From assembly GCA_951406725.2 (NCBI GenBank), contig OX597817.1:140306001-140370000 (forward strand): a stretch of 64,000 bases of DNA. The letters are read 5' to 3'. The position numbers and the translations under genes were made by a program. The DNA is from Octopus vulgaris (lineage: Eukaryota). Of the stretch, positions 13,048-25,152 are shown piece by piece. A model generated the notes under the pieces. The model searched no databases. It was not told the DNA's origin and saw only the letters and a list, made by a program, of their open reading frames with translations. Positions within the stretch are counted from its first letter, which is position 1. Each line of letters begins with the position of its first letter.

Positions 13048-14559
13048 CTCGGTGATATATACTTTAACAGGTACATACCAAATTATGTCCTTTATCATTT
13101 AGTTAAGCAAGAGTGTCGTTGCGCCCATGTCTGTTGGAGGGGAAGGAGGGGTAGAGGTATTCTCAAACCAGAAACCTGATCCGAATTCTTACAACAGAGT
13201 AAACTCTGCTAGAAGTACATTAGGTGTCATGTGATGATTTTTAGAGATTTGTCTTTTCAGTGAAGACGGCGTAATAATTGGAAAATTATAAAACAATAAC
13301 GCTGGAATATCTACCATGGATGTCTCCTTCGTGAAGAACATATAGTTAACTGTGGATTAATACTTAACTAACCTGTATCTGAAACTAGTTCTTCTTAAAA
13401 TAGACAAGTTAAATATGTTATCTTTTTACCAAACACCAACAATTGATAGCCTCATTGTACAGATATGATTATGCTTAGCAAGCGAACATAATCATATACG
13501 ATGTCTACGCAGTTATCAATGACGTTTACACTATTATATATGACATTCCAACATATTCTGCTGAGGTTTCCACAATAATAAATTACGTATAGCGAGACAT
13601 CTTTGTCGTCGCTTCAATTGATTCTGACGTCAACGCATTTTTCTCTATTGGTGCTTCGTTGCTAAATATCTAATTATCATTCATGTATCTTTGATGATAA
13701 TGCAGTTGATGGTATAGATGTTGACATTATTGAGTTATGAGCAAAATTCCCTCACGTGATGCTTCAGTCCTTTCTGCTTACACAAATCCAGTTTTATATT
13801 TCTCATCACATCGCCATTGTTACATCCAAATACTATTTTTTTTCTTGATAAGTACATTATTGACAAAGCAATGTTCATTTTTATATTTACCATTTTTATT
13901 GTTTTACTCCATCTTTACTCAATTACTCTAGCTCCATTTTTCATATTTTTGACAGTCACAAAACATTGTCTAGTCGTAGACAACGAACAAGTGTATATAT
14001 TATCAGTGACAATAAAAATAATTATTGCTATTAATCTTTACTACTACAATATTATAGTTCTATACATCACCATACAAACTGGCTCTTCTGTTTAATGATA
14101 ATACTGTTGCGGCGAATTTCTCCTAAATTTCCATACTCACTCACACACAGGAATATGCACATACATGTATGCATCTTTGTATGTATGTATGCATTTGTAC
14201 ATGCCTGATAATTAGCTAATGACAGGCCCAATTGCCTTCGTAGTATGAAAACCAGTTAACAATATGCTGTTGTACTTACTACATTTATGTCGGTGAACAT
14301 AATACAGCAATATTTAATTTTCTCTCTTTCTGCGCGAAGGCCGGTAACAGATGATGTTAGATAGGGAGGTGCATCGTGTAGAGATGTATACGTTAGAGCT
14401 TCTCTATGGAATGCAGACGGATTGGCTTTCCTTTCAGGGAAGAAGACGGCCTGTCCGCCTAACCAGCTGCTTGGCATCTTTCGAAAGCTAAAACAATTCG
14501 AGGAAATGCATTGCGCCCAGCGATATATAATATTGTCTGATGGTCTGGTGGATACAGCA

Positions 14560-14592
<33 letters not shown>

Positions 14593-14974
14593 AGAGGAAA
14601 AATTATAATAAGGCAGAATGCTAAATTGAAAGTAAATTTTAATAAAAATGGGTGTATGGAAAATTAAAAAAGAAAAAATAATAAATCAAACCAGTTTTCA
14701 TAGCAAGGCAAATTTTCAAGATTTGGAAGGGGAAAAGAAAATTTTTTTTTAAATTGAGGAAGGGGAAAAAAGAAATTTACAATGTTTTTTTGCAAAAAAA
14801 TAATAATACATATATACAAAAATTAATAAATAAGTATACCAATACATTGAAGAATCTTTATGCTTTTAGAGTTCAATAATAGTCCTTGGAAAAATTTCTT
14901 TGGGGGATTAAGATCCATGTGCTTAAAAGTGGTGCTTGGTTTAAAGCGTTTGGTAAATATATATATATAGGCAT

Positions 14975-15625
14975 TTATGTGGATACACAAATTAGATATA
15001 TTAAATATATTAAATACATTAAATATAATAGTTTGGGTACCAAATACAAAATACGTATATATGTATACCTGAGAAACGAGAGAAGACAAAAGATGGAGAC
15101 TTTCAGATGAGTTTTTAAGTATAAATATATAGATATTTATATTAATAGCTCTAACTTACGCAGAGTACAAACGACCGAAAAAGTTAAAGGGGAGGAAAAA
15201 AGGTGTCCAACAGCTGTTTCTGGGAACTTGGAGATTCATAATGATGCTGGTAGATGTAGTTCATCACAAAATGCAGCCGTGTGGATGCAGTTAACATTGG
15301 ATAAGATGAACCCCCATCATCAGCGTAGAGAAGATCTTACATTTCAGATCTTAATGCAGAGAAATTCAAAGATGGAATGCTTAAATGTGAAGTGGTCGCT
15401 GTATTAGAGGATGGACGTAGGAAGGTTGGTGGGGTTATTTAATGTATTTGATACATATAATTTGTTTATCAGCATAATTGCCCATATACTCGCTCAAATT
15501 GATACCTCTTATACCCTTTCTTTACCTTGTGGAATCGAGATGCCCTGTAAAGACATAAGAGTGTAAGTTTGAATCCTTTGAGCACTACTGTCTTCTATGC
15601 TGAGAATCTCTGAATATCATCTGTT
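14975..15625. mobile_element. PLE-derived repeat next to (TA)n; related copies at 16130-16660 (partly inverted) and 59335-59615
   Basis: Shared blocks such as ctttctttaccttgtggaatcg...cctttgagcactactgtc; hammerhead-like core on the minus strand at ~15205-15326. Confidence 0.6.
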
Positions 15626-15791
15626 GACTATATATATATATATATAAATGTATGTTTGTATTTCAGTGTTTACAAATAACACGGAAAAAATGAATAAATA
15701 GTTACCAGGGTAGCAAAAAGTACCAAGGATGTGACAGCCTTCATATAAATCTAGAAACTCCAGGTTTAGGTGAAATGATTTGGGCTTAACT

Positions 15792-15844
<53 letters not shown>

Positions 15845-15934
15845 ATCCAAACATGAACAAAGAGAAAACACAACAATGTGAGGACGTGGAACAAGTACAG
15901 TGTTATTGGACGCTCGGGAAAGGAAAGAAAGAGG

Positions 15935-15969
15935 ATTTAACGTTTCGAGCGGAGCTCTTCGTCAGAAAC
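15935..15969 (-). ncRNA. Minimal hammerhead ribozyme-like motif in a PLE-type repeat
   Basis: Minus strand reads GTTT CTGACGA AGAGC-TCC-GCTC GAAAC GTT AAAT; palindromic stem III AACGTT. Confidence 0.55.
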
Positions 15970-16053
15970 ATAGGAAAAAGGAAAGGTCCAAGGAAGGGAA
16001 GACGGAGAAAGAAAATCGCCAACGATACACACGCGGATATATATATATATATT

Positions 16054-16107
<54 letters not shown>

Positions 16108-16859
16108 TGTGTATGAGTGTGTATGTAAAAGCAATTATGGGGATAAACAAATTAGACGCATTAGATATATTAAATATATTAAATGCATCGAATAAAAATA
16201 TACACGCGTGCAAATCGAGAGACAACAAAAAGTGGAAACTTTCGGATGATGCATTTATAAATACAGGGATATTGTGGTGAACTACATCTACCACCATTAT
16301 CATAGATCGCCGAATCCCCCAGACACAGCTGTTGGACTTATAATACCTTTCTTGCACCCCTTTAATTTCCTCTGTTGTTTGTACTCCATGTAAGTTGAAC
16401 CCATTAGTATAAACATCTATAAATTTATAGAAATAAATTCATCGGGAAGTTTCCACTTTTTGCTTTCTCTTGTTTTGCATGTGTACATCTTTTGTATTTG
16501 AAGTATTTAGCATATTTAATATATTTGATGTGTCTAATTTGTTAATTGCTTGTCTACCTGCTCAACTTGATCCCTCCTATAGCCTTTCTTTACCTTGTGG
16601 AATCGGACCCCTGTAAAGACATCTCAGTCTGAGTTTGAAGCCTTTAAGCACTACTGTCTGTTATACGGAGAAAAACTGGATCTCATCCGTGAACTAAATA
16701 ACAGTTTGATTCGGCACCACATTACTTGAAGTTTCTTGGGCACGGAGTATGTCCACCTCCACACACGCGCACACACACGCGCACACACATACACGCATAC
16801 AAGCACACATATAAAATGTACACATATATATAACAACAAAATTCATCTTTCTGTATAAA

Positions 16860-17188
16860 AAAAAAAATGTCATGACTTATGTTCAAAAGTTGAATATGTT
16901 ATTTGGAGGGATAAGTGTTCCATCAACTGTAAGAGTCGCTTTTAAGTGCTGGAAGTACGAGGATATTTCTGTAATACTTAAACATGGTCTGGATCTTTTG
17001 ATATTTTGGCACAGGCGTGATGCTAATTGGGATTTGTTTCGCTTTAAAAATGAATTACACCATTCAGCTGAAGGAAAAATTGTTTTTAAGTTGCGTTATT
17101 GTGCGACCTTGAGCTATGATATAAAGAGGAAATAAAATATTATATTTTGTTCAAAATTACCCCCGTGTTCAAGGTAACCCCATTTCAC

Positions 17189-17191
<3 letters not shown>
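16860..17191 (-). mobile_element. Possible Tc1/mariner-pogo-type DNA transposon end fragment
   Basis: Terminus reads TA|CCGTGAAATGGGGTTACC on the minus strand, abutting (TA)n; partner end not found. Confidence 0.35.
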
Positions 17192-17236
<45 letters not shown>

Positions 17237-17363
17237 CATACTACTATCATGTTCTTAAGAATGAAATTAACCTCTCTGTCTATATATCTACCCTCTTTAT
17301 AATGTTGGCAAATGAAATAGGGATAAGAATGTGCATTGTCCGTTTAATTGGAAAATTCTATAT

Positions 17364-17449
17364 GTGGCTGACGATTGCTTGACATTTTAAAACTGATGTA
17401 ATACTTACAGTGTTAAATAAACTGAAGTAGCATGAAACAATTGTACTAC
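17364..17449 (+). ncRNA. Type I hammerhead-like motif with long stem-II loop (copy A), in a repeat between (TA)n tracts (~17235-17563)
   Basis: GTGG CTGACGA tTGCT..~50 nt..AGCAt GAAAC AATT GTA CTAC. Confidence 0.65.
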
Positions 17450-17562
17450 TCTACCTTGGATATCCTTGTTGCTTATTTTGATTATAATCACCCCATTTGA
17501 TTAATATGGATAATACCATACAAAATTCTGGTGCCTTTAACTTAAGTACCATATTCATCTGA

Positions 17563-17622
<60 letters not shown>

Positions 17623-18471
17623 GTGTGTGTGTGTGTGTAGACAGACAGACAAAGATAGCTAGATATATATATATAATTCAGTATAGAAAATAAAAAAGAA
17701 ATAATTAATGTAATATCACTCGATAAACAGTATTTTTCTCTTTGTTCTCTGTTTGAAATATATTTCAGAAAAGATATTTCCTCCGTAACCTTCAGTGTGG
17801 AATTTATATTTGACTCTGAAAAGAAACTAAACGTCTTCTGTTTGAAAGCAGTTACTTGAAGTTTACTACCAATGTTGGAATTTCTTCATTTACATTGCAA
17901 TATGAAAACCTGACAAAGAAACGTTGCCTAAAACGCTAAAATCAAATGGAAGATTTGATGCAATTAAATTAATTCTTCTGATGTGTAAATATACACCTTG
18001 GTGAATTATAATTCGCTGCGCAGACTAATGCTCTTTAAAAAAATATGATAATCTATTTCAAAGTTTTATGTTTAATGTTTACAGCTTGAGGGCTGAATCT
18101 TAACTTGTATCTGTCCTTGAGCAGAGTTCTTGACAGAAACGGTGGATTAGCCTTAAATGTTCGTCATGAGAGCCGTGAATAGCTGACATTTGTGTATGCT
18201 GAGAGGGAGAGAGGGGGGCGTTAGACATCCATAAACACACACACGCGCGCATATCCACACATCTACACACAGATTTACATCTTCATTCCAAGGCGCAGAA
18301 GCATCGCTACGTGGGTAAGAAATTCTTTTCGCAGCCAGATTTTTAGGGTTCGATATCTCAGGAGGGAAATAACATCTGCTATAACCCCCGGGCCACCAAG
18401 CAACCGATCAATGGTTTGTGGGGGAATTTGGTGGACAGAGAATGTGCGGAAGACCATCGTGTGTGTGCATA

Positions 18472-18504
<33 letters not shown>

Positions 18505-18758
18505 GTGTGTATAAGCATTTATGTATGTATATATATATGCGTGTATGTGTGCATGCATAGGTGTATGTGTATATGTATATATTATGTACGTGTGCGTATA
18601 TGTATTTATGTATGTATATGTGTGTGTAGTTAGTATGTGCACGTATACATATGTATGCATGTATATAATGTATGTATGTTTGATTGTATTTGTTATATAT
18701 GTTTGTGTATAGGTATGTGTGCATGAATGTGCGTATGTATGTATAAAATATAAATATA

Positions 18759-18923
18759 GGCGCAGGAGTGGCTTTGTGGTAAGTAGCTTGCAAACCAACC
18801 ACATGGTTCCGGGTTCAGTCCCACTGCGTGGCATCTTGGGCAAGTGTCTTCTGCTATAGCCCCGGGCCGACCAATGCCTTGTGAGTGGATTTGGTAGACG
18901 GAAACTGAAAGAAGCCCGTCGTA

Positions 18924-18977
<54 letters not shown>

Positions 18978-19187
18978 TGTGTGTGTTTGTGTGTCTGTGA
19001 TTGTCCCCCTAGCATTGCTTGACAACCGATGCTGATGTGTTTATGTCCCCGTTACTTAGCGGTTCGACAAATGAGACCGATAGAATAAGTACTGGGATTA
19101 CAAAAGAATAAGTCCCGAGGTCGAGTTGCTCGATTAAAGGCGGTGCTCCAGCATGGCCGCAGTCAAATGACTGAAACAAGTAAAAGA
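18759..19187 (+). mobile_element. tRNA-derived SINE, family B (CORE-like segment, internal TA/TG microsatellite)
   Basis: A box tggctttgtgg, B box ggttcagtccc, tcttgggcaagtgtctt segment, 3' stem-loop cagtc-aaat-gactg and gtaaaaga tail; near-identical inverted copy at 27462-27864. Confidence 0.9.
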
Positions 19188-19869
19188 ATATGCTATATAT
19201 AGATATATAAACCCACATATGAATAGCTTGTGACTTATGTTTAATGCAACAAAGGACGAAATCGCGTTATATCCGCGACTTCACCGAGATTTACAAGCTT
19301 AGCTCTACAGAGACACAAGACTGTGGATAATTCAACTAAGAGCCGCAACGATTTTCATTTAGTTAATTACTTAAATTTTTAGTCTAAAATGATTAAACTC
19401 ACTTCGGGATTTGTAAAGTCAAATCAACTGACACGGAGGTGCTGCTACTGTTATTGTTGTTGTTGTTGTTGTTGTCGAGTGCAGTGACCTCTAACGTGCG
19501 AGAAATTCTCCGATAATCCAGCAAAGTAAATTTTTACTGCATCTTATCCAAGAAACAAAAACACCACAAGCTAAAACTGCCATTCCCTTAAGGCACTATT
19601 TCATCTTAACCCTTTCTCGTCGTTATTTACCTCATCATCAACACAACTCGTTGTGCGTTTATTATTCATTTTCTCACTAACCGACTGAAATTTAACCCTG
19701 ACCCTGACCAACTCACAATAATATATTTGTCATTGTCCCAGTGATCTCTCCTCTTACATTCATAAATACACATCACAATTTGCTGCATCCTTATCTTCAC
19801 ATACCAGCGGCACTATGTCCTTAATTTAACTGATTTTCTTTTTTCCTGGACCTTCATAACTCTTATTAG

Positions 19870-21400
19870 CCATGATTGTAAAATCCCTGTAAACTATCGA
19901 ACAATCCCCAGCAACGAAGAGCTCTTAGCCCTTAAATATTTCTTTGACTCCCGATCTTCATTTAAACTTTGTAGCGCCCGACTTTTTCGTTTTCCACATG
20001 AAACGGAAAATAAGGCTGGAGAAGAAATGCCTGTCGCAAGGTGTGTTTCGTAAAAGATGGAAGTATATAGCAAGTATGTTGCGAGTGAAAGAACCTGTTT
20101 AAACGAGAATATAAAAAAGGAGAAAGCAAAGTCTTCAGTGTGAGTATGTGGTTTGTGGGGTCAACCGCGCCCTCCGCTTCATTTTTTGTTAATCACTCAT
20201 TCTCATTTAATTGTATATATTTTAATTGTTTGTTTATTCATACGTTTCGTCTCATTCGATAACCTGACCCCAATGTTTGTTTTGTCTGTTCTCGTATCGT
20301 CCCCTCTTTTTCTCAACCTTATGGTGAATAAGGAAATACTCTTCTCTGCTTGAATGAATTTCTAGTTAATTATTTCCCTTCCCCAGAAGACAAACTTCTG
20401 GTTCTCTCTCTGGCTTCAGAGTTGGCTCCCAGTTATACCAACCTCTTAGTGGACCATAGCTCCGACCCAGGTCTTTTCTGTTCTCTGAACCTATCTCGGA
20501 TGCATATCAATGACTGCATCAACGCTGCTGCATTCTTTCAGAATGAATTCATTACTTTCATTTCTGTTATCAGCGGTCTTCATTCATCTCTGCAATTTCC
20601 TTCTGCAATCTTTAACATTCCCCTCTGAACCTTCGTAGTTATCTGTGTCGTTGTCAATAGGGATCTTTTCGCTTTGACAGGCAGATTTTAAAAATAATTT
20701 CTGGCGGTGTCATGTGAAAATGTCACCCATAATTATGACCCTAGTATCGATCTATTGCATTTCAATCTGTTTTAGGGTTAGGGTTAGAGTTAGAGTTAGT
20801 TAGGGTTAGGGGTGGGGGAAAGAGTATCTTTTTTTTCTTCTGAAGTGTAAATAAACCCAATCTGTTTCTTAAACGAGGTACATTTTCATATGAAACCGCC
20901 AGAAAATTTTTACGGCAGAGAATGTTTTCACCTCAATAGACGTCATTGATTGGTTGCAATTGCCAAAATTTAAGAAAATATCTTACAAACTACAGAATTT
21001 TCTCAAGAAAGCCAAGAGAAAATGATGTTTTATAAACACATTCTACCAGTATACGAAGTTTAAAAGTGTTTAGTTACATGGAAATTATTTTTAAAATCTG
21101 CCGGTCAAAGCGAAAAGATCCGTCAGTAGTCCTCCGCTCATTATAAACCACTTCCCAACTCACACTATTCCAACTCACTCTCGCAATTCCTTCAACTCTA
21201 AACACCATTCCTGCTCCACACCGTGTTACCTTTTCTTAGTTATTTTTGCATTCCAAAGAGAATGGTCCACATCATTGACAGAACTGTCGCACTTTTACAA
21301 CAAATGCACACCTCCGAAGAAAAAAGACCCCTTTCAACTGTTCTTCATCCGTCAAACCGTTTCGAAATAACAATCGAGTAATATTCCAACCCGTGTTTGA
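19870..21400 (+). pseudogene. Degraded Penelope-like reverse transcriptase interrupted by two insertions
   Basis: Remnant motifs MD.K..../IPSNEELLALKYFFDSR, HINDC (YIDD-like), FI...LHSSLQF, and HYKP after the MITE. Confidence 0.55.
20661..21121. mobile_element. Merlin-like MITE (461 bp) with internal TTAGGG-like tract
   Basis: ~40-bp TIRs beginning GGATCTTTTCGCTTTGAC; 8-bp TSD gtcaatag/gtcagtag; ttagggttagggttagagttag at ~20772-20812. Confidence 0.8.
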
Positions 21401-21944
21401 ACATTTTAACTCACCAGGTCAACCTTTAATTAACCGTATGTGTAAGTGCGGGAGTGACTGTGTGTGAGTGTATGCGCGCGTGCTTGTATGAGTGTGTGTG
21501 TGTGTGTATGGCTACCACGTGTATGCTGTGTGTGTTCGTGTTCATATCTTCATACATGCACGTGTATCTGCGTATATAGATAATTAACGAGGGTGTTCTT
21601 TTATGAGATTCACTCGCTAAAAATAACAGCCGAATCTTGGACAAATTACACCCAACCATCGTTGAAAAGGAGCTGCCCTTATAATTTAATGCTAGATATA
21701 AATAAAACAACTAAAACTAAGATGGGTTGGTCACGTCTGGAATACTCAACCAGGACTGTCCTGGGGTTAAACCACTTGTCACTATTTTAATGGATTTCCT
21801 TCAGTTACACTGGAATAATTGGTTAAATCTTTACAATCTACGCAATTAAAACGTTTACTTTCTCATATTTTAAAAGTTTTAAAGTTACAGAAATAGCAAA
21901 AGCTACCTTAAACAACTGCTTACGCCTATGGAACAGCATTGTTG

Positions 21945-22052
21945 GAGAGAGGGAGAGAGAAAAAGAGAGAGAGGGAGAGAGAAAAAGAGAGAGAGAGAGA
22001 GAGGGAGAGAGAGAGGGGGGGATGAGAGAGCGACAGAGAGAGAGAGAGAAAA
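21945..22052. repeat. (GA)n-rich microsatellite
   Basis: Read directly. Confidence 0.9.
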
Positions 22053-22584
22053 AGGCGGAGATGGTGGGAGAAACATTTTGATCCCCGATGCTGTTATATA
22101 CACACACACAAACATATTTGGCCAGAATAATGTAATGGTGTTGCAATTACTCACACCACCATATTTGGCTGCCACGCCCAAAAGAAGGCCATTTACTTAA
22201 TTGACATTAATCCACCCACCAACAGACATCAACAATAATATCCTTCAGACATACTGTTTCTTCTCGCTTTCCCATTTCTAGTTTTCTACAATTAACCCCA
22301 GCATCAATGTTCCACTCCTCTCACATGTAAACGTTATTCGCATCTGAACTGAGCATTTTAAACACATACACACACATTATAGTGTATACACATAAAAACA
22401 TTGATTGAAAAACATTGGGGAATGAATAAAGATAGAGTAACAGGTTAGTACAATTCGACAATCCTTCGATATCAGTGCATGACGTCATTCACCCATGCAA
22501 CCTTTGCTCTGAAAAAGTGGATGCATGACGTCATCTCCTCATACCGACACTCTGTAGACCAATATCGAAGGCACGCCAATGTAC

Positions 22585-22797
22585 TTAGTATAGAAGGGAG
22601 TTCAGCGTAGGTATTCCCTTTTTCACTGATCTTCAGCTTTATGTTAACATCCACTGGGCAGCTAATTTCCACAACTGTGCACAGTTTCTCTTCTCTATCC
22701 CAAATCACTAAATCAGGTCTGTTGTGCTTATATTTTACTGAGGTCTTCACTGGGACATTCCACCAGTATTCTTTTTTATTATGTGTGGCTATGGCTC
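22585..22797 (-). mobile_element. R4/Dong LINE fragment (RLE endonuclease region)
   Basis: HNRPDLVIWDREEKLCTVVEISCP (PD..D/E nuclease motif); closely similar to 54750-54891. Confidence 0.85.
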
Positions 22798-23429
22798 AAA
22801 TTTGATATGTAGATACCGACGGTATCAGGGCGTGTAAAAGTCTTGAAAAAATTTACAAAAATCGATTCCAGGTGAGAATGCGGTCGATATAGCATTCTTT
22901 GGAATAGAAAAATGTCTATCTTTATTTCTTCTTTTGCTGGTGTCTCAAATTTAGGTTAAATCGGTGTTTCTCAAATGGGAGGCCTATGGGACGGTCGGAC
23001 AAGTTGCTTTGAGAAAATTTGGTTTAAATGTTTGACAACACAGCACCGTCCATTGGACGGGGGACGTTTTGCTTGTACTATGTATAACAACATTATATAT
23101 AGCAACACTATTTACGATAATACTGTTTAGCTGTTAGTAAAATTAATTTGTCAATCATTAACTGCTTGAGAAAGATAGCAAAATATATGTTCAGAGTGCT
23201 TTGTTGAGGAAATGCTTTAGTTAGAAGGCTTATGTTTTTTTACCCTGGAGGGGTGAAAGTCAAAGTGGGTCTCTATGGGATTTGAACTCATAATGTCTAT
23301 AGAGCAAAGCATTTTTCTCAATGCTCTTAATGCTTCTGTCCCTATGAATACACGGAAACATCTAAGTATACACACACACATGTATATTACATGCTCCAGC
23401 ATATGGCTAAAACCAACCGAAGATAAAGG

Positions 23430-23600
23430 ACATTTATATGTAGTTGAAATTTATAGAAAAACAAAAAATAAACGAAGACAGGTGTATGACCAACAAGCAG
23501 GTGTATTTGTTTGACTCTCGGAAAAGTAGAGAAGTCTTTTACGTTTCGAGCCTACGCTCTTCAGCAGAAAGGAATAACAGAAACTAAAGAGAAAGTTTTT
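23430..23600 (-). mobile_element. Short PLE-type repeat with hammerhead-like core; related copies at 30100-30285 and 58533-58725
   Basis: Minus strand CTTT CTG(CT/TA)GA AGAGC-GTAG-GCTC GAAAC GTA AAAG at 23536-23571, 30193-30228 (decayed) and 58625-58660. Confidence 0.6.
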
Positions 23601-23624
23601 TTTAATCTTGTGGATTTAGCGGTC

Positions 23625-24397
23625 AAGTTTGCAATGTTTCACGAAAAACGAGAATTACAAATTTCACTAGATGTGACTAGGGTGTTTGGAAACACCTACA
23701 TTGCTAGAAATAAGAGCTAAAATGCTTTAACACTGTAGTTAACGCACGTGGGTGAAAACATTTACACGAACAGGGACCGTAATCTTCCGAAAAGTGTCGA
23801 TCGAGAATTCTTAATACTGACGCGTCAATTTTAGCAATTTCCGTTGTCTCATTAGTGAAGACAGCTCGATTTCGCTTCTTTCCAGACTTGCTTCGCCATT
23901 AATGTTTATGCTTTCGTCATTCAAAAATTGGATGATTTAGTGATTGGCTAATGTGTATATATATATGAAATGAATATAAACAGCAGTTTGCACCGTTGCA
24001 CCAAAAAGGAGAATTACAAATGTCACTAAATGCGACTGGTGCGTTAGGGAACACTTACATTGCTAGAAATAAGAGCTAAGCCGCTTTAATGTTGCAATTA
24101 TATACATTACCCAACCGCTAAATTATCTAATTAATTGGATAACGAAAATATAAATACTGATGACGAAGCGAATCCGAAAAGAGCCGAAGTCGAGCTGTCT
24201 TAACTGATGCTTCAACGGAAATTGCCGAAACCGATGCGTCAGTATTAAGAATTCTCGATCGGCACTTTTCAGACAATTATGGTCCGTATTCGTGCATATG
24301 TTTCCATTCTTGTGCATTAACTACATCATTAGAGTGGTTTAGCTCTTATTTCTAGCAATGTAGGTGTTTTCAAACACCCTAGTCACATTTAGTGACA

Positions 24398-24402
<5 letters not shown>
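23625..24402. mobile_element. Inverted pair of ~300-bp PLE pseudo-LTR-like repeats plus a central partial direct copy
   Basis: 23655-23960 is the reverse complement of ~24100-24402; 23985-24100 repeats 23625-23735; hammerhead-like core at 24204-24243. Confidence 0.75.
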
Positions 24403-24435
<33 letters not shown>

Positions 24436-24676
24436 TACAAATGAGTATATTTATATAAATATATTATATACTATATTTATTATATTTATATAAATACATA
24501 TATGTGTGTGTGTGAGTGTGCACATGTAAAAATATATGTATATATATATTTATACACCCCAGCACCTACCTATCTATTTATATATGTATGTATATATATA
24601 TATATATATATATATCACTCTATCTCTCTCTCTCTCTCTCTCTCTGTATATATATGTGTATACACACACACACACA

Positions 24677-24757
<81 letters not shown>

Positions 24758-25120
24758 AATATCAATATGCAAATAAATAATTATCTGATCTTATCTGAAC
24801 TCTGAAACTCTGTTCTGCCATCTCTTAAATCTAAACTAATGCACTCCTATCTCCTCATTTGGCTATTCCTGGTTGTCGTCATCAACACCAGCCACCATTA
24901 GATAGAGCCGCAAAAAAAAACAAAACAAATATAAATAATAATAAAATATATCGCATTTAAAAGTATGGCATATCAAATAAGGGCCATAAATTATGAAACG
25001 TATAGCTAAACTATTATTAGAATCTAAAGTACATAGACACCATATAGATTTACAGAAACATATATAATATGTATGTATATGTGTGTGCGTGCGTGTGTGT
25101 GCATATATATATATGTGTGT

Positions 25121-25152
<32 letters not shown>

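Noticed and set aside
13100-14100. Possible FLYWCH/MULE transposase remnant (WRC..K motif on the minus strand); similar faint coding-like decay at 29520-30050 and 39060-40050
   Set aside because: Too degraded to support a family call by eye
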